In this document: positions 39,782-53,186 of the stretch, one piece after another
Numbering within the stretch: position 1 is the stretch's first letter
How the letters are laid out: each line of letters starts with the position of its first letter
Source: Octopus vulgaris
Lineage: Eukaryota
Reading direction: 5' to 3'
Assembly (NCBI GenBank): GCA_951406725.2
Contig: OX597816.1
Location: forward strand, 170,748,001 to 170,812,000
DNA length: 64,000 nucleotides
The notes under the pieces: model-generated
Told to the model about the DNA's origin: nothing
Database searches by the model: none
The model's input: the letters and a program-made list of their open reading frames with translations, nothing else
Program-made: the position numbers and the translations under genes

Positions 39782-40472
39782 AGCAAAGAAAAAGCAGTAG
39801 GCAACCGAAATGAATGGTAGTAGTTCGGTAGTAGTTCGGTAGTAGTTCCTTTCCTCTGAATGATATTATGGTTTTTGAAGTGCTACCAGAGTATCGGAAT
39901 GACATGCCTCAGGATTATAAAACAGACCATATGCAAGAAAGTAAAAAACCAGCCACTATGTAAACCCTACGAGAGTAGGTTAATCGTAAGATTACGCTTT
40001 ATTCATTACAAAATACTTCTGCTTAGACTTTAACCGCGGTGTGTGCGTGTTCTTCCCCGATTTAGCCCAGCAACTGCTCGTGAAATCTTTCGGCATAACA
40101 GATTCATTTCAAATAACAAAGGTGAGATAACAATATAAAATTATTTGAAGTGGTGGCGTGTTGAACTTCAATTTACCTACAGTATTCCCTTATGTATATA
40201 TAAAGCCGAGTGTTTTTCAAGTTTATATTTTACCTTAATTGTTTTTGTTTTCCTATAACGTTTTAATTATTCTATAAATTTATTTGTTTTGGTCCAAACG
40301 ATAAAAAACTTCACCCCGCATCTATTGAATAATGTCATTCCCTACTCCTCGTTTTCTTACATAATACACTTATCCTATCCCATACTTTTGTAATGACTAT
40401 AGATTCAGCATTATGTTTTATATGCATTAACGAAAGTGAATGTACTGCCTTCAGTGGGAAAATAGATTCAAG

Positions 40473-40483
40473 AATCATCATCA

Positions 40484-40530
<47 letters not shown>

Positions 40531-40582
40531 TATCATCACCATCATCATCATCACATTATTATTATAATGATAATTATTATTT
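40473..40582. repeat. (ATT)n/(ATC)n microsatellite
   Basis: Direct reading. Confidence 0.95.
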
Positions 40583-41147
40583 GAAACCTTAAAGAATCAG
40601 AGTTAATTCTCCTTCCAGGTTTGCATGACAATCTCTGAATAATAACAGAAAAGTTAAATAATATGAAAATACTAAAAATAAAGAAATAAATCACACTGGT
40701 TATCCGCAGTCTGTTTAACTATAAAAACGTTTTACATTGCTGTCAGAATTATACAAAGTTGATTTTTAAAGCAGTAACGACCTTTACAAATCTACATAGA
40801 TTATGATGCATACACGTTGTATATGTCTAGATAAAAATAAAGTTGTAAATCTTTGGAAAAAGTTGAGGCCTAACTTGAAATATAACTAAATAGTCTTATT
40901 AAATTGTACAAACAGAATGCGAAAAGTTTGAAACTCTATAAAATATAGAAATTGAAAATATAATCAAGGCAGCATTTTGGACTGTAGAAGTCCAATACAT
41001 GAAATGTACATGAGTGTTTAATACCGGGAGATTTAAAAGAAAACATATACTAAAATTTATACAGAATTAATTTTCTTAAATAAAAACTATAATACAATTT
41101 TCACAGCAAAAATATTTAAATGATATAAAAATATGTAGGCTACTCAC

Positions 41148-41259
41148 CTTATAATCTATATACTTTTAAAGGTATTTTCCCGATATACAAACATTGACCA
41201 CTCCAAGTATTTCAGAGTGCTGAACTGTATCCTTATGTATCACAGCAGGCAGCATAAAA
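41148..41259 (-). other. Possible non-coding (5' UTR) exon upstream of the TMTC exon
   Basis: Strong donor AAG|GTGAGT at 41148/41147 and ctgcag acceptor at 41260; stops in all three frames; weak pyrimidine tract; speculative. Confidence 0.2.
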
Positions 41260-43110
41260 CTGCAGAACTAAAGCAGATTACTAACATGATTAAAGAGACA
41301 AAAAAATGAGGTGGGTGGCTACCAAATATTTACAAAGAAATTCAAATAATCTCGGTGAAAAATTAATAGTAGCTGAATAATTTGGCTCATAAAAAGTATC
41401 TTTTCGATTATGTATAATTACTGAAGCTGAAAAACAACTTCATTACATATGCACAGACTATGCCTGAAAACAATCCAACAAATACTCATTTTCATATGCT
41501 TTTACGATGGGGCAGCAGGAAAAAAAATGAAGGAAAATAAACGAACAAAATAGTAACTGAAAGGAATATTATCCCATTCATACCCTGCTTCCACTTCCCA
41601 TCAGTACACATCAGTCATTCATATGTATATGTTGTATTGGCTGATAACTTTACGAGAAACAATGCAACAACTATACAAAAGCAATGTAATTCCAGTTGCT
41701 CACGGCTTTCTTTAAACTCTTTATATTATCAATTGTTCGACCAGAATTGCTTATATCTAATTCATGTTTGGACTAAACTAGGATGCCTGCCGGTAATAAT
41801 GGGAATGAAAAACAAAAGATATTGCCACATGAAAAAAAAAACATACTTAAGTGTTATGATTGAAAAGTTGTATAGAAATAATCTTAACCGAGAAGAGTGT
41901 TAGGTGATGCAACAATTGTGAGGATTAGAAATAGGTTTAACAGCTGGTGATAACATAGCGCTAATATACTTTACTTTCTTCTCTTTTATTTTCACCGCAC
42001 TGAATCTACCAAGTTGCTGAAAAGTATGTATTATTCTTACTGCTGCTAACAGTTCTGTTGATTGAAAGAACTTCACTGGCACACTTTGAATCTATTCACA
42101 ATTAGTAACAATTCACAAATGAAGAGAAAATACATAAAAACGCTAAACAATTCCAGTTTTCATTATAAAATCTAAAATCATTCTTTGAGTTTAGAGTCTT
42201 AAACGAGAATGAAAACTGAAGTCGTGACGTTCATGCATTTCATACTCTTTCAATAAAGGAAAGTACTTAATTTGGAGTGTTTTCTCAAGGAGAATTTGCT
42301 TTAATCTGAATTTTTCTACATTATAGCTGGTATATAAAATAAAATTATAATGAAAAAAATTACAGTGGGGAATTTTTCCGAAATGGTGAAGTATTTTATA
42401 TCATTTATTTCCTCACACATTGTGAAATTAAATCCATAAAAACTCAATTTTCATTTCACTTTCTTAATTCAGTCGGTGAAATATGTAGCTGTAATATACT
42501 GAAATTGCTTATATTGACTGTACACATGAAGTTATTTTTACATTGAAGGCAGAGTGCCAAAGAAGAAAATACCAATATGTCAAACAAATTCTGAAAGAGT
42601 TGACAAAACAAAAGAAACAAACCGAAAATACCAGATATTCTGCTTGTTCAGTATTTTTAAAAGGAAAAGAAAATTGCGATATTTTCCTTTGTTAAATATA
42701 TTGGATTAGTAAATTCTATTGTTTGTTAAATGATAAATACAGCGTTTGGTATCCAATTAATAAATTATTCTGCAGACATGTTTTGTTTCTCCTGAATGAG
42801 TAAAATCATGAAGTTAATATTTAATTTCTGATATTTGGAGTAACTTCTAAATGAAATATATGCTTTAGTCATTATGATTGCATCATTAAACAGTAACTAG
42901 GAATAAAATATTAATAGTTTCAGAAGCAAACATAATAGTAAATACGGTATTAGATTGTCGAGAAGTAAATATTTGTTGACATTTAATCTATAGAGAATAA
43001 ATAAAAAAAAACAGTAATGCTATGTGAGTAGGTAACACATCTGATATATAAATAAGCATATAAATATATGAAAGAATGAAGTTGAACGACGAATTAACAA
43101 AATTCCTTTA

Positions 43111-43193
43111 TTTTCGACATATGTTTCGAAGGCTGCATATTCCTAATTGCGAAGGAATAAGGAGTATATTATGCCGCTTTCTCATCAGGAAAA
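43111..43193 (-). ncRNA. Minimal type I hammerhead motif (family 1, dispersed copy within 43068-43255)
   Basis: Minus strand: TTTTC CTGATGA GAAAGC-G-GCATA..TATGC-A-GCCTTC GAAA CATATG TC GAAAA; core and stem III unchanged from 612-694, stem I fully Watson-Crick. Confidence 0.72.
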
Positions 43194-45915
43194 GCAAGAA
43201 ACTTATGTCAACATCAAAATGCACAAAAAACTTTTAGATGACTGCTCACACGGAGCCCATATATGTTACATCGGTATCTGTAGTAGTGAAAACTGTTTTA
43301 GACAAAATTGTATCATAGTAAACACAAATTATTAGTATGAGTTAGTCTGCACCATTTGTATGTGTTGCAATGCATCACCATAAGCAGTACCAACACTAAT
43401 ACCAAACTAATGATGGAATTTGTAAGTAGTCACTCAACTTTCTAGAAATAGCTACATCTTTTCCAAATTGCATCTTACAATTTGAATGGGAAGGGCGCAT
43501 CGTATTGTGTAATTACAGTCTTAGTTACTCTATATTAGTAAAAATTCATGCATTGCTCATGCTAGAAATATTTTTGATCGTTGGTCAATTCGATAAATGA
43601 ACTTAAGACTAAACAGCAAAATTGCTACTATCAACAACTCTTTTGCATGCCTTTGTGTTAATAAGTTGACTTTGTAATCGCATAGTTCGCCAAGGGTATA
43701 TTTTCATTCGTTCTAATATTTTTATTTATTTATTTAATTTTTTTAATTTTATCTAGTTTCAGCTCACGAGCTGTGGCCATGCTGGGGCACCGCCATTTAA
43801 TCTCCATATTTTGCAAGGTTTTTATAACTTTATTAGAAACTAGCGTTGTTAGAGAACTGTACTTTAGCCGATGCTAGAACATAAAATCTTAACAATATAT
43901 GATGATAATAAATTGAGTTAGCTTTAATTTACATTGCAAAGTAGTTGGTTGCTGAGGTGGGTTATAATAAGCGAAGACTAAAGCCTAGAGGAAACAGACT
44001 GTTGTAGTTTCTTCGTAAATTTTGTGTTTTGCTTCGTTTTGTAGTTATTTTGCTTCTAGAATATAAAATAGATGAATGCCATATGTTTTTTTTAGTTTTA
44101 ATTACAAAATAAAACCTCATGAAATTCGAAATTGGGCTTACCCTCCTAACGTTAGGCTAGGCTTGTGTCCATCGTATACGTGTCTATGAGTATGTACGTG
44201 TATGTATTCCTGTTTATGTGTATGGTGAACAATAAAAAAACTGTATTAGGTAACTTAGACATTCAATTAATTTTCTCGAATTATATATGGATGCTTATGA
44301 TAATATGATGCTATACAGGTACGAATACTGATGTCGAATAAAACTCCTGAAGACGGTGCTTTAGCATGGTTGAAGTTCCATAGCTGAAACCAGTAAAGGA
44401 ATAACAAAAACTTTTGCTTTCTATTTTAGCGTCGTCATCATCATCATCCTTCTCATCCTCTTCTAGATCAGCATCATTATCATCCTCATAATCATCATGA
44501 TCATCATCAATATTTAATTAAGTGGATGTCATTATCCGTCTTACATACAATTTATTTCATATCAGTCTTTTACAATAAACCTAATCGAGGTTAATTATTC
44601 GTTGTATCCTTACCTAGTTTTATAAATATTCATAGCGTGACGTATGACGCCAGGAGCAACACGAACTTACATCTAGAGCGTTGTCCCTAAAACACAATCT
44701 TTTATTGAAAAACATTAAGGAAATTTCACTACACAAAAATAATCTATAAGTCAATAATCTATTAATCAAAATAGTTCCACTTTTACTAATTATTTTGTTA
44801 AGTGTTGCAGAAAGAGGTAACTTTTTGGCTCGCAAATTAATCTTGTTTAATCTTCTGTACTTAGGTTTCATTTCTCATTCTCCCTAAATCTCTTTGGAAA
44901 ATTGTGAAATTCACTCAATCTCATTTTCTTTCTCAAAACAGTTTGATAATCTTTGATTATATCTTAAGAGACATTTTTGTTTATATTTACCAGTAGCAAT
45001 ATATTGATAAGGACACTTTTTGTTTTTGAAAATTCATTTATGAAATATATACCAGTCTAAAAATATTTTTGAGTAATTCGGAAGTTTCAAAAAGTATCCG
45101 ATAAATGTATCAATATGTTTCATTTATAATAATAAGTTTCAATAAAATATAGCACGAAAATGGAAGTGCCTAATCTACAAAAGTTTTAAAATAAGCAATT
45201 ACAGATTAAACAGAGAAAATGTCAGAATATGTGACAACTTAAATTCAAATTTCGATAAAGATTAATAATCTATTTACAACAGTAATTTTACAAAAATAGA
45301 TTCTAAAATTGAAAGATATTGAAATATTGGCCAAATATTGATCGAAGAAAATAATTAGGACAAGAAAAAGAAAGAAATTAAATGCCAAAAGGGAGAAATG
45401 CTAAAAAAGTAGAAAAAAATAAACTTCCAAAAATAGAAACTGGGTTAAATATTTTAAGCGCTAACAATACAATTTGTCTTATATCGACTAATTGCGATTT
45501 TACTTTTTAGAGAGGATTAGAATACGCTGGAAACAAATCTTCTCTGCAAGTGATTAAGAAAATTATAGTTCCATCAGGGGAAATCATCGGTAGCAACTAA
45601 ATTGCTGCTATAATTAATTGAGTCCTCGCTACGTTGGTTACCCAACTCTTACGTGTAATGGCATCATTCAAATTGTTTTTATCTGTAGAAATTAAATTGA
45701 AAAAGAATCGAAATATCGTACAGAATCTTAAATAATTAAAATGTTAACTTACCGTTTATGGTTAACCACTATAATTTGTAAATAGAATTCTACGACGGAA
45801 TTAAAAAACATTCGAGCACTTAACATTGTAAAGAGCGTGGAACAGTAAAATAATGGATACTCATGAGTGTGTGTGTGTTTGTTTTGAAAATACGTGTGTA
45901 TATATTTATATATAT

Positions 45916-46308
45916 GGTGGTGGATGGAAGCATTCCGTCGGTTACGACGACGAGGGTTCCGGTTGATCCGATCAACGGAACAGCCTGCTCGTGAAATTAA
46001 CGTGTAAGTGGCTGAGCACTCCACAGACACCTGTACCCTTAACGTAGTTCTCGGGGATATTCAGCGTGACACAGAGAGTGACAAGGCCGGCCCTTTGAAA
46101 TACAGGTACAACAGAAACAGGAAGTAAGAGTGAGAGAAAGTTGTGGTGAAAGAGTACAGCAGGGATCACCACCATCCCCTGCCGGAGCCTCGTGGAGCTT
46201 TAGGTGTTTTCGCTCAATAAACACTCACAACGCCCGGTCTGGGAATCGAAACCGCGATCCTATGACCGCGAGTCCGCTACCCTAACCACTGGGCCATTGC
46301 GCCTCCAC
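45916..46308 (-). mobile_element. SINE family A, tail type 2
   Basis: Full-length copy flanked by ATTTATATATAT on both sides. Confidence 0.9.
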
Positions 46309-46431
46309 ATTTATATATATATATATACTAATCTTCCCGTATCAACACATTTCATTCTGTTCCCTTGTGTCTCTAATATTTAAGAGAGTGGAATATTACC
46401 AAATAATGTTCTATAACAAATTTATTTCCCA

Positions 46432-47180
46432 AGGCGGCGAGCTGGCAGAAACGTTTGCACGCCGGGCGAAATACGTAGTCATATTTCGTCTGCCGTTACG
46501 TTCTCAGTTCAAATTTGGCCGCGGTCGACTTTGCCTTTCATCCTTTCGGGGTCGATTAAATACATACCATTTACGCACTAGGGTCGATGTAATCGACTTA
46601 ATCCGTTTGTCTGTCCTTGTTTGTCCCCTCTGTGTTTCGCCCCTTGTGGGTAGTAAAGAAATAGGTATTTCGTTTGCCGTTACGTTCTGAGTTCAAATTT
46701 CGCCGATGTCAACTTTGCCTTTCATCATTTCGGGGTCGATTAAATAAATACCAGTTACGCACTGGGGTCGATATAATCGACTCAATCCGTTTGTCTGTCC
46801 TTGTTTGTCCCCTCTGTGTTTCGCCCCTTGTGGGTAGTAAAGAAATAGGTATTTCATCTGCCATTACGGTCTGAGTTCAAATTCCGCCGAGGTCTACTTT
46901 GCCTTTCATCCTTTCGGGGTCGATAAATTAAGTACCAGTTACGCACTGGGGTCGATATCATCGACTTAATACGTTTATCTGTCCTTGTTTATCCCCTCTG
47001 TGTTTCGCCACTTGTGGGTAGTAAAGAAATATGTATTTCGTCTGACTTTATGTTCTGAGTTCAAATTCCGCCGAGATAGACTTTGTCTTTCTTCCTTTCG
47101 GGGTCGGAAAATCAAGTACCAGTTGCGTACTGGAGTCGATCTAAACGACTGGCCTCCTCCCCAAAAATTGAGCCTGGAGT
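46432..47180 (+). mobile_element. SINE family C with four tandem 184-bp body units
   Basis: Single head at 46432; units start at 46481, 46665, 46849 and 47033 (period 184); last unit diverges at its 3' end. Confidence 0.88.
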
Positions 47181-47333
47181 AGAAAAGTATATTGCCTTCC
47201 AGGTGAGCTGCCAACATTCTGAAAATATAGCTGAAGTAGTTTTTGCATTTCTAAAGATATTGTCTGAGTGAATTTTTCTTGCCTCCGTCACCTAACCAGG
47301 TATTGTTTTCTAGGTGATTCAGTACAAGTATAA

Positions 47334-47392
47334 ATTCATGAGTGCTAATTATATTCATGAGTGCTAATTATATTCATGAGTGCTAATTATAT
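47334..47392. repeat. 19-bp tandem repeat x3 (ATTCATGAGTGCTAATTAT)
   Basis: Direct reading. Confidence 0.9.
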
Positions 47393-47925
47393 TTGTGAAT
47401 CCTAGGGAAAGTTTTCCTTATGCCTTCAGTTCTTATCGTAGCAGTGAATTTCTTGCCGATTACAAGGAACAGTTGTGGATCTCTTGTAATTATTATTCTT
47501 CTCCTCTTTTTATGTATTATTTGTTTTGACAGTATTATATTACATTCTTCCATATTACCCTCTAGTACACTTGATCGTCCGTGAAGCTGATGCATAATCC
47601 TGTTTTAAACCGACTATGTCTGACATGCAAAACGCCTGTAAATTTAAAGGAAGTGCAGTGAAAATAGTCAATTACGCTGCCTCTCGTGTTCTGTATAATA
47701 GGTATAGTGAATTGAGAATATCATTACGCCAACAGACACGAATTGCTTTATTATCATTTCTTTATAGTTAATCAATCGGTTAAATATTTTACCAACTTCC
47801 TAATCAATTATTTGTTTAATGTAGTGATTAAACAACCAACACAAAAAAAAAAAAACCATTGGTTTGTTGGTTAGATATTTGGCCGATTGACTCACAATAA
47901 AGGAGTGATATTAAACCAATTCGTG

Positions 47926-47926
<1 letters not shown>

Positions 47927-47991
<65 letters not shown>

Positions 47992-48098
47992 GAGTGAGAG
48001 AGCAGTGCATGCCATCAAAGTGACACTAGGGTACAAATATACGAAGCCCAGTATACCCATCATGACTACCCGTTCTGATAAGGGTACACTAGGCACAT

Positions 48099-48142
<44 letters not shown>

Positions 48143-48297
48143 CATACATACATACATAGGTAGGTAGGTAGGTAGGTAGGTAGGTAGGTAGGTAGGTAGG
48201 TGTGTTGGATAGATAGACAGTGTCGTGGGATGTGTGCGGGATGTTGTGCAGGATGCTGTGCAGGATGCTGTGCGGGATTCTGTGCGGGATGCTGTAT
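47927..48297. repeat. Cluster of (TTA)n, (TAGA)n(TACA)n(TAGG)n and a 12-bp minisatellite (RGGATGCTGTGC-like, about 6 units, ~48227-48297)
   Basis: Direct reading. Confidence 0.85.
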
Positions 48298-49123
48298 GTG
48301 TGTTGGCAGCTACCGTCTACTTAGAATTTGTAGTAAGTGAGGGCGCTTAGCCTATTGGTTTGGCTGTTGCACTCACGATCGAAGAACAGGGTTTCCTTTG
48401 CTGACCCAGGTGGTAAGTGGTGTTCTTGAGCAAAACACTTCATCTCACATTGCTCTGCTATCACTTTGACACCTGCTGGCGTTTGGAACATTGTGCACCT
48501 GTTCAGGTAAAGTCGAATTAGTGGAAAGAGTGAGCTACTGTACAGCATATACATTTGCTCATTATGAACAAATAGCTTGTGTCAGTTCCGCAATAAATTG
48601 CGGCGGACTACGAGAGACTACCATCATCGTCTTAGTTTTGGTAACAAGAAGATATGCACCTTGATACACCTTGATATTCAATTTTCATTTTCATTTTGAA
48701 TCTCTTTTAATTCATTGATATTGTATTATATGAATGCAGCTTATATGAAATATGTGAAGATACCAAGTTCTTTTGCACCCGTTGTTTTCTTTGGGCGATT
48801 TCCAACGATGCTGAGTCAGGTAGAATCCGTAAATGATTTAATAAACTTATCGTGCACTAACTGAAGTAGTATGAAATTGTATTTATTGCTGTCTTTCTGC
48901 GTGTTATTTAATTTTTTCATGTTTTTAACTGTACTGTGAGAGCCGTATGTTTAGAACTCCTAGTTTTTTTTGTTTTTGTTTTTGTTTTTGTGTTTCGGCT
49001 TGTCTGTGTTAATGTATTTATTATTTTATGAAATCTGGTATATTTAGCAATATTTCATGTTTTGATGATGATTTCAGAACATATTAGGGATTGTTGTAGT
49101 TGCTATTTTCGTTGTTATTTAGT

Positions 49124-49862
49124 CCACAGTCGAACCAATTCTACTATATGGCTCAGAAACTTGAGAGGCGGTTGGATGGAACCTACACTCGCCTCCTTAT
49201 GAGAGCTCAAAATCTCTCGTGGAAGTGCCATCCAACCAAAATGCAAATATATGGGAAACTACCACCTGTGTTATCTCTTGTGAAAGGTAGGAGAGTCCAG
49301 TTTGCTGGACATTGTTGTAGAGCTGAAAAAGAAGTAATTTCTACTCTTCTCCTCTGGAAGCCATCTACTCGCGATACCAGAGGGCGCACACTCTTCTACC
49401 ATGATGTAATCTCCAGGAGGCGCAATGGCCCAGTGGTTAGGGCAGCGAACTCGCGGTCGGAGGATCGCGGTTTCGATTCCCAGACCGGACATTGTGAGTG
49501 TTTATTGAGCGAAAACACCTAAAAGCTCCACGCGGCTCCGGCAGGGGGTGGTAGTGAACCCTGCTGTACTCTTTCACCACAACTTTCTCTCGCTCTTTCT
49601 TCCTGTTTCTCTTGTACCTGTATTTCAAAGGGCCAGCCTTGTCACATTCTGTGTGTCACGCTGAATCTCCTCGAGAACAACGTTAAGGGTACACGTGTCT
49701 GTGGAGTGCTCGGCCACTTGCACGTTAATATCACGAGCAAGCTGTTCCGTTGATCGTATCAGATCCAGCAACAGGACCTCCGTAATGCTATGATGGACCG
49801 TGAAGTCTGGCGTAGCATGCTAAATTCCAATGTCTCGACCACGGTCGAACAATGATGATGAT
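49124..49862 (+). mobile_element. 5'-truncated RTE-type LINE interrupted by a SINE
   Basis: Homologous to 7362-7872 (LERRLDGTYTRLLMRAQNLSW); (TGA)n tail; TTAGTCC on both flanks is a candidate TSD. Confidence 0.85.
49416..49761 (+). mobile_element. 3'-truncated SINE family A nested in the LINE
   Basis: Family A head and body, stops at GATCGTATCA before the normal tail; no TSD. Confidence 0.85.
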
Positions 49863-51254
49863 TAGTCCTAAGTCGGCCCTGATAGAGCAGGCCCATGATC
49901 AACGACATATCATTGCCTTTTCCATCTTTTTCTTATATATTACCTTATATAGAATCCAATGTTACCTTTGTTGGATGTAATTTGGAAAAGATTTGACTAC
50001 TTGGCTGAACGCCATCATAGTCATTTCTGAAAGAGTACTACAGTCAATGTGGCTTTTGGGGCCGTGGTTATTGCTAGTCAGAAAAGAGATGACGAATTTG
50101 GAAGGTGTTAAATATAATCTGTGTACTATTGCGCTTGCACGAAGGGCGTGTCAGATAGATCGGTGCGGTAGTTTTGGGATAGGGCATACTGCATGTAATT
50201 TCCTCTCAGCTTTCAGTTGTTGCAAAAAGGCGAAAATAAGAACTGAGTCCCAAAGACTCCTTTAGTAAATACACAGCGTATCTACTACTTAGACTCTTAC
50301 CGTTCCTTTACATAGCCGCGCACGGAGAGGAAGAATAGACTCCAGACATAAGGCAGGTAAGCACACTGGGATGTGGACATGCTCTGGCGTTGTTATTTGT
50401 ATATTCTAGTTGGGCAACCAGATTAGTGAGTTATAATGTTTGCTGGTACCTGTCCCGGTCTTTACAGAATTAATACAACAGGGTAATCGATAAATAAAGC
50501 ATCAATCCAATATTAAATTGGCAACCTCTCTCGCTTACTCGCCTTTTTTCTCTTTCTTTCTCTCTCACTCCCTTCCCCCCTCTCTCTGTATCTCTCTCTC
50601 TCTCTTTCCAATCAACTCTGGTCAGACCTTGAAAAAGATGAAATTCACCAGATTTTAGAAGGAAATGTTAAGACCGTTTGTAAGTATGTTTGGGGAAGGA
50701 GAGTGTGTGCCTGCGTAGTAGTAACTGATTTTAGAGAAACTAAATGTAAAAGGAATCCACTTCCTGACCCCGTAATATGAAACACTTATTTTGACGGGTT
50801 AGGTTGTTGATGTAAAGGACTTTTTACGAGATTTCATTGCTTACTTTGCTTTTTATACACACATTCGTTTGTTTTCTGGTTTTCTTTTGCTTATTTTCAG
50901 TGTTTTATTTCTAAGAGCTGACAAGTTTCATTTCTGTTGTACGTGGTGTTAGTGAGGTTATTTCTAATATTCGATTGATCACCTTCATGTACGTAGTTAC
51001 GGATTTATGCATGTTTAGTTGCGGAATATATATACATATGTACATATATGAGTTTCTGTATACATACATATATACATATGTACTGTTGTGTCGACGCCCC
51101 CAGACGATGAAGTAGACTAGCCCAATATGTAGATATGGAGGGAGACGTTTAGACGTCGAGACGTCAGAGTAAAGACGAGGGCAGTAGAGCGCAATGGTAA
51201 ACTAGAACAGAGGAGAGTAGAGTTAAGTAGAAGGCATCCGAACGTGCGACATAA

Positions 51255-51654
51255 CACATACATACATACATATATACATACATAGATACGAACATATATA
51301 CATACATACATACGAACATACATACATACATACATACATACATACATACATACATACATACATACATACATACGAACATATATACATACATACATACATA
51401 TGAACATACAAACATACATACATACATACATACATACATACATACATACATACATACATACGAACATACATACATACATACATACATACATACATACATA
51501 CATACATACGAACATATATACATACATATCAACATACATACATGCATGCATGCATACATACATACGAACATATATACAAACATACATACATACGAACATA
51601 TATACATACATACATACATGCATACATACATACATACATACATACATACATACA

Positions 51655-51685
<31 letters not shown>
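51255..51685. repeat. (TACA)n satellite with TACGAACA variant units
   Basis: Direct reading. Confidence 0.95.
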
Positions 51686-51689
51686 GTTA

Positions 51690-52440
51690 TCCACATCCTA
51701 AGCAGTTATCCAAAAGTGTTTTAGGGGTGTCACCTATCGATGATACATGATGTTGAAGTCAAGACACAGTATAATGAGATCCGTGGGAAGGATAATCCCG
51801 AGGCCAAATAGTTAATAAGCACAGTATGGCAGAGGTCATAGTCACTCATAATATGAAAGAATACTAGTGGAATGTCCCAGTGTAACATTCAACAGAATGT
51901 AAACATAATAGAACTGATATAAGGATTTGGGGAGTGAGAATAAGAAACAGTGTACAGTAGCGGAAATAAGTTGCCAAGCGGATGTTAACATAAAGCTAAA
52001 GAGCAACAAAAATGAAAACACCTCCGCTGAACTATTGAGAAACTTACAGTTACTCTATGACAAATTCAGGTTTATACCTGTAATAATTGAGGCACTAGAG
52101 CAGTGGTTCTCAAACTATGAGTCGCGACCCACAGATGGGTCGCGAACGGAATCTTAGTGGGTCGCAAAAAGTTATAAAATTACGCATTGGCTTTGATTAA
52201 CTGCTGTCTATCGAGATAGTTCAAGACTTACTCAGTAGAGTTAAGTGGGTCGTCATAAACCGGTGTGATAAATAGTGGGTCGCGACTCTAAAAAGTTTGG
52301 GAACCACTGCACTAGACTATGTAATAAATTGCTTAAGCATTAATCTTGAGAAATTAGGCTTCTGAAATCCAGAAAGGAGAATGCTGATTTGATGATTACA
52401 GATCTAGGTCATCCATGAAACTATAAAATGTGGAAAAATT
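51690..52440 (+). mobile_element. Relic of RLE-endonuclease (R4/NeSL-type) non-LTR retrotransposon 3' end
   Basis: Broken frames give HILSS.., WNVP.., HNRTDIRIW, KKQCTVAEISCQADVNI..ELLRNLQLLY..FIPVIIEAL, resembling the zinc-knuckle/PD..E..K/PIIIGALG pattern of RLE domains. Confidence 0.65.
52101..52309. mobile_element. hAT (Charlie-type) MITE with 8-bp TSD, nested in the LINE relic
   Basis: TIRs CAGTGGTTCTCAAACT / AGTTTGGGAACCACTG, subterminal GTCGCGACCCAC repeats; TSD CACTAGAG (52093-52100) / CACTAGAC (52310-52317). Confidence 0.9.
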
Positions 52441-53016
52441 TGTCATTTAACTATATATGTGCATGTCTAGATACGTAACTATATGCATGAGGATACGTAC
52501 ATAAAACAAAACATACAAATTTGCACTTGCACAAATATCTTGTTGAAGATGTTGAAATTCCAACGATGGAGACTTAGATCTTTCTCTATTAGAAACTTTG
52601 AAATAAAACTGAATTACATACATACTGAATTCATAACTCTGTGCTGTCGAATACATTGAACATAGATTTATGGGAGTATTTCAGTGGCTTCTTTTGAAGT
52701 CTGAAAGGTTTTGTGCTTATTGTGGGTGTCATGATAATAAAACGGTTACTGGAAGAGAGTTAATAATTCGGATAGTTTAGCGTGTAGAGAAGCAAGTAAT
52801 ATCAGAAGAGAAGTGAACGTATGTATGATTTACGTTTTGGGATTATTTAGGTATATTGGTCACCTTGAGTGTCTGTATAATGTAAAGATAGTCTACTAAT
52901 CTAGTTCCACTTGTGTTTTATATATATATATATATATTAATAAATATTAGGGAATGAATCCAAAATTACAGGGAAAAGTCAGATTTAGGGTTAAATCCAA
53001 TTTTATAGTAAAATAT

Positions 53017-53186
53017 TATATAATATAATTCGAGACAAAACCACTATTTTAAAACCAAACAAGAAAAGACTTAATCAATACATGAAATTTTAATATAAAT
53101 TAAATAAATAAATATTTATATTAAAATTTTATGTATTGATTAAGTCTTTTCTTGTTTGGTTTTAAAATAGTGGTTTTGTCTCGAAT

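Noticed and set aside
44600-44700. TGACGTA/TGACGC CRE-like sites next to minus-strand donor-like GTAAG sequences as a TMTC promoter or first exon
   Set aside because: Short motifs expected by chance; no independent support.
46481-47180. Regularly spaced repeats resembling a CRISPR array
   Set aside because: Whole 184-bp units repeat with no unique spacers; eukaryotic SINE tandem and no cas genes.
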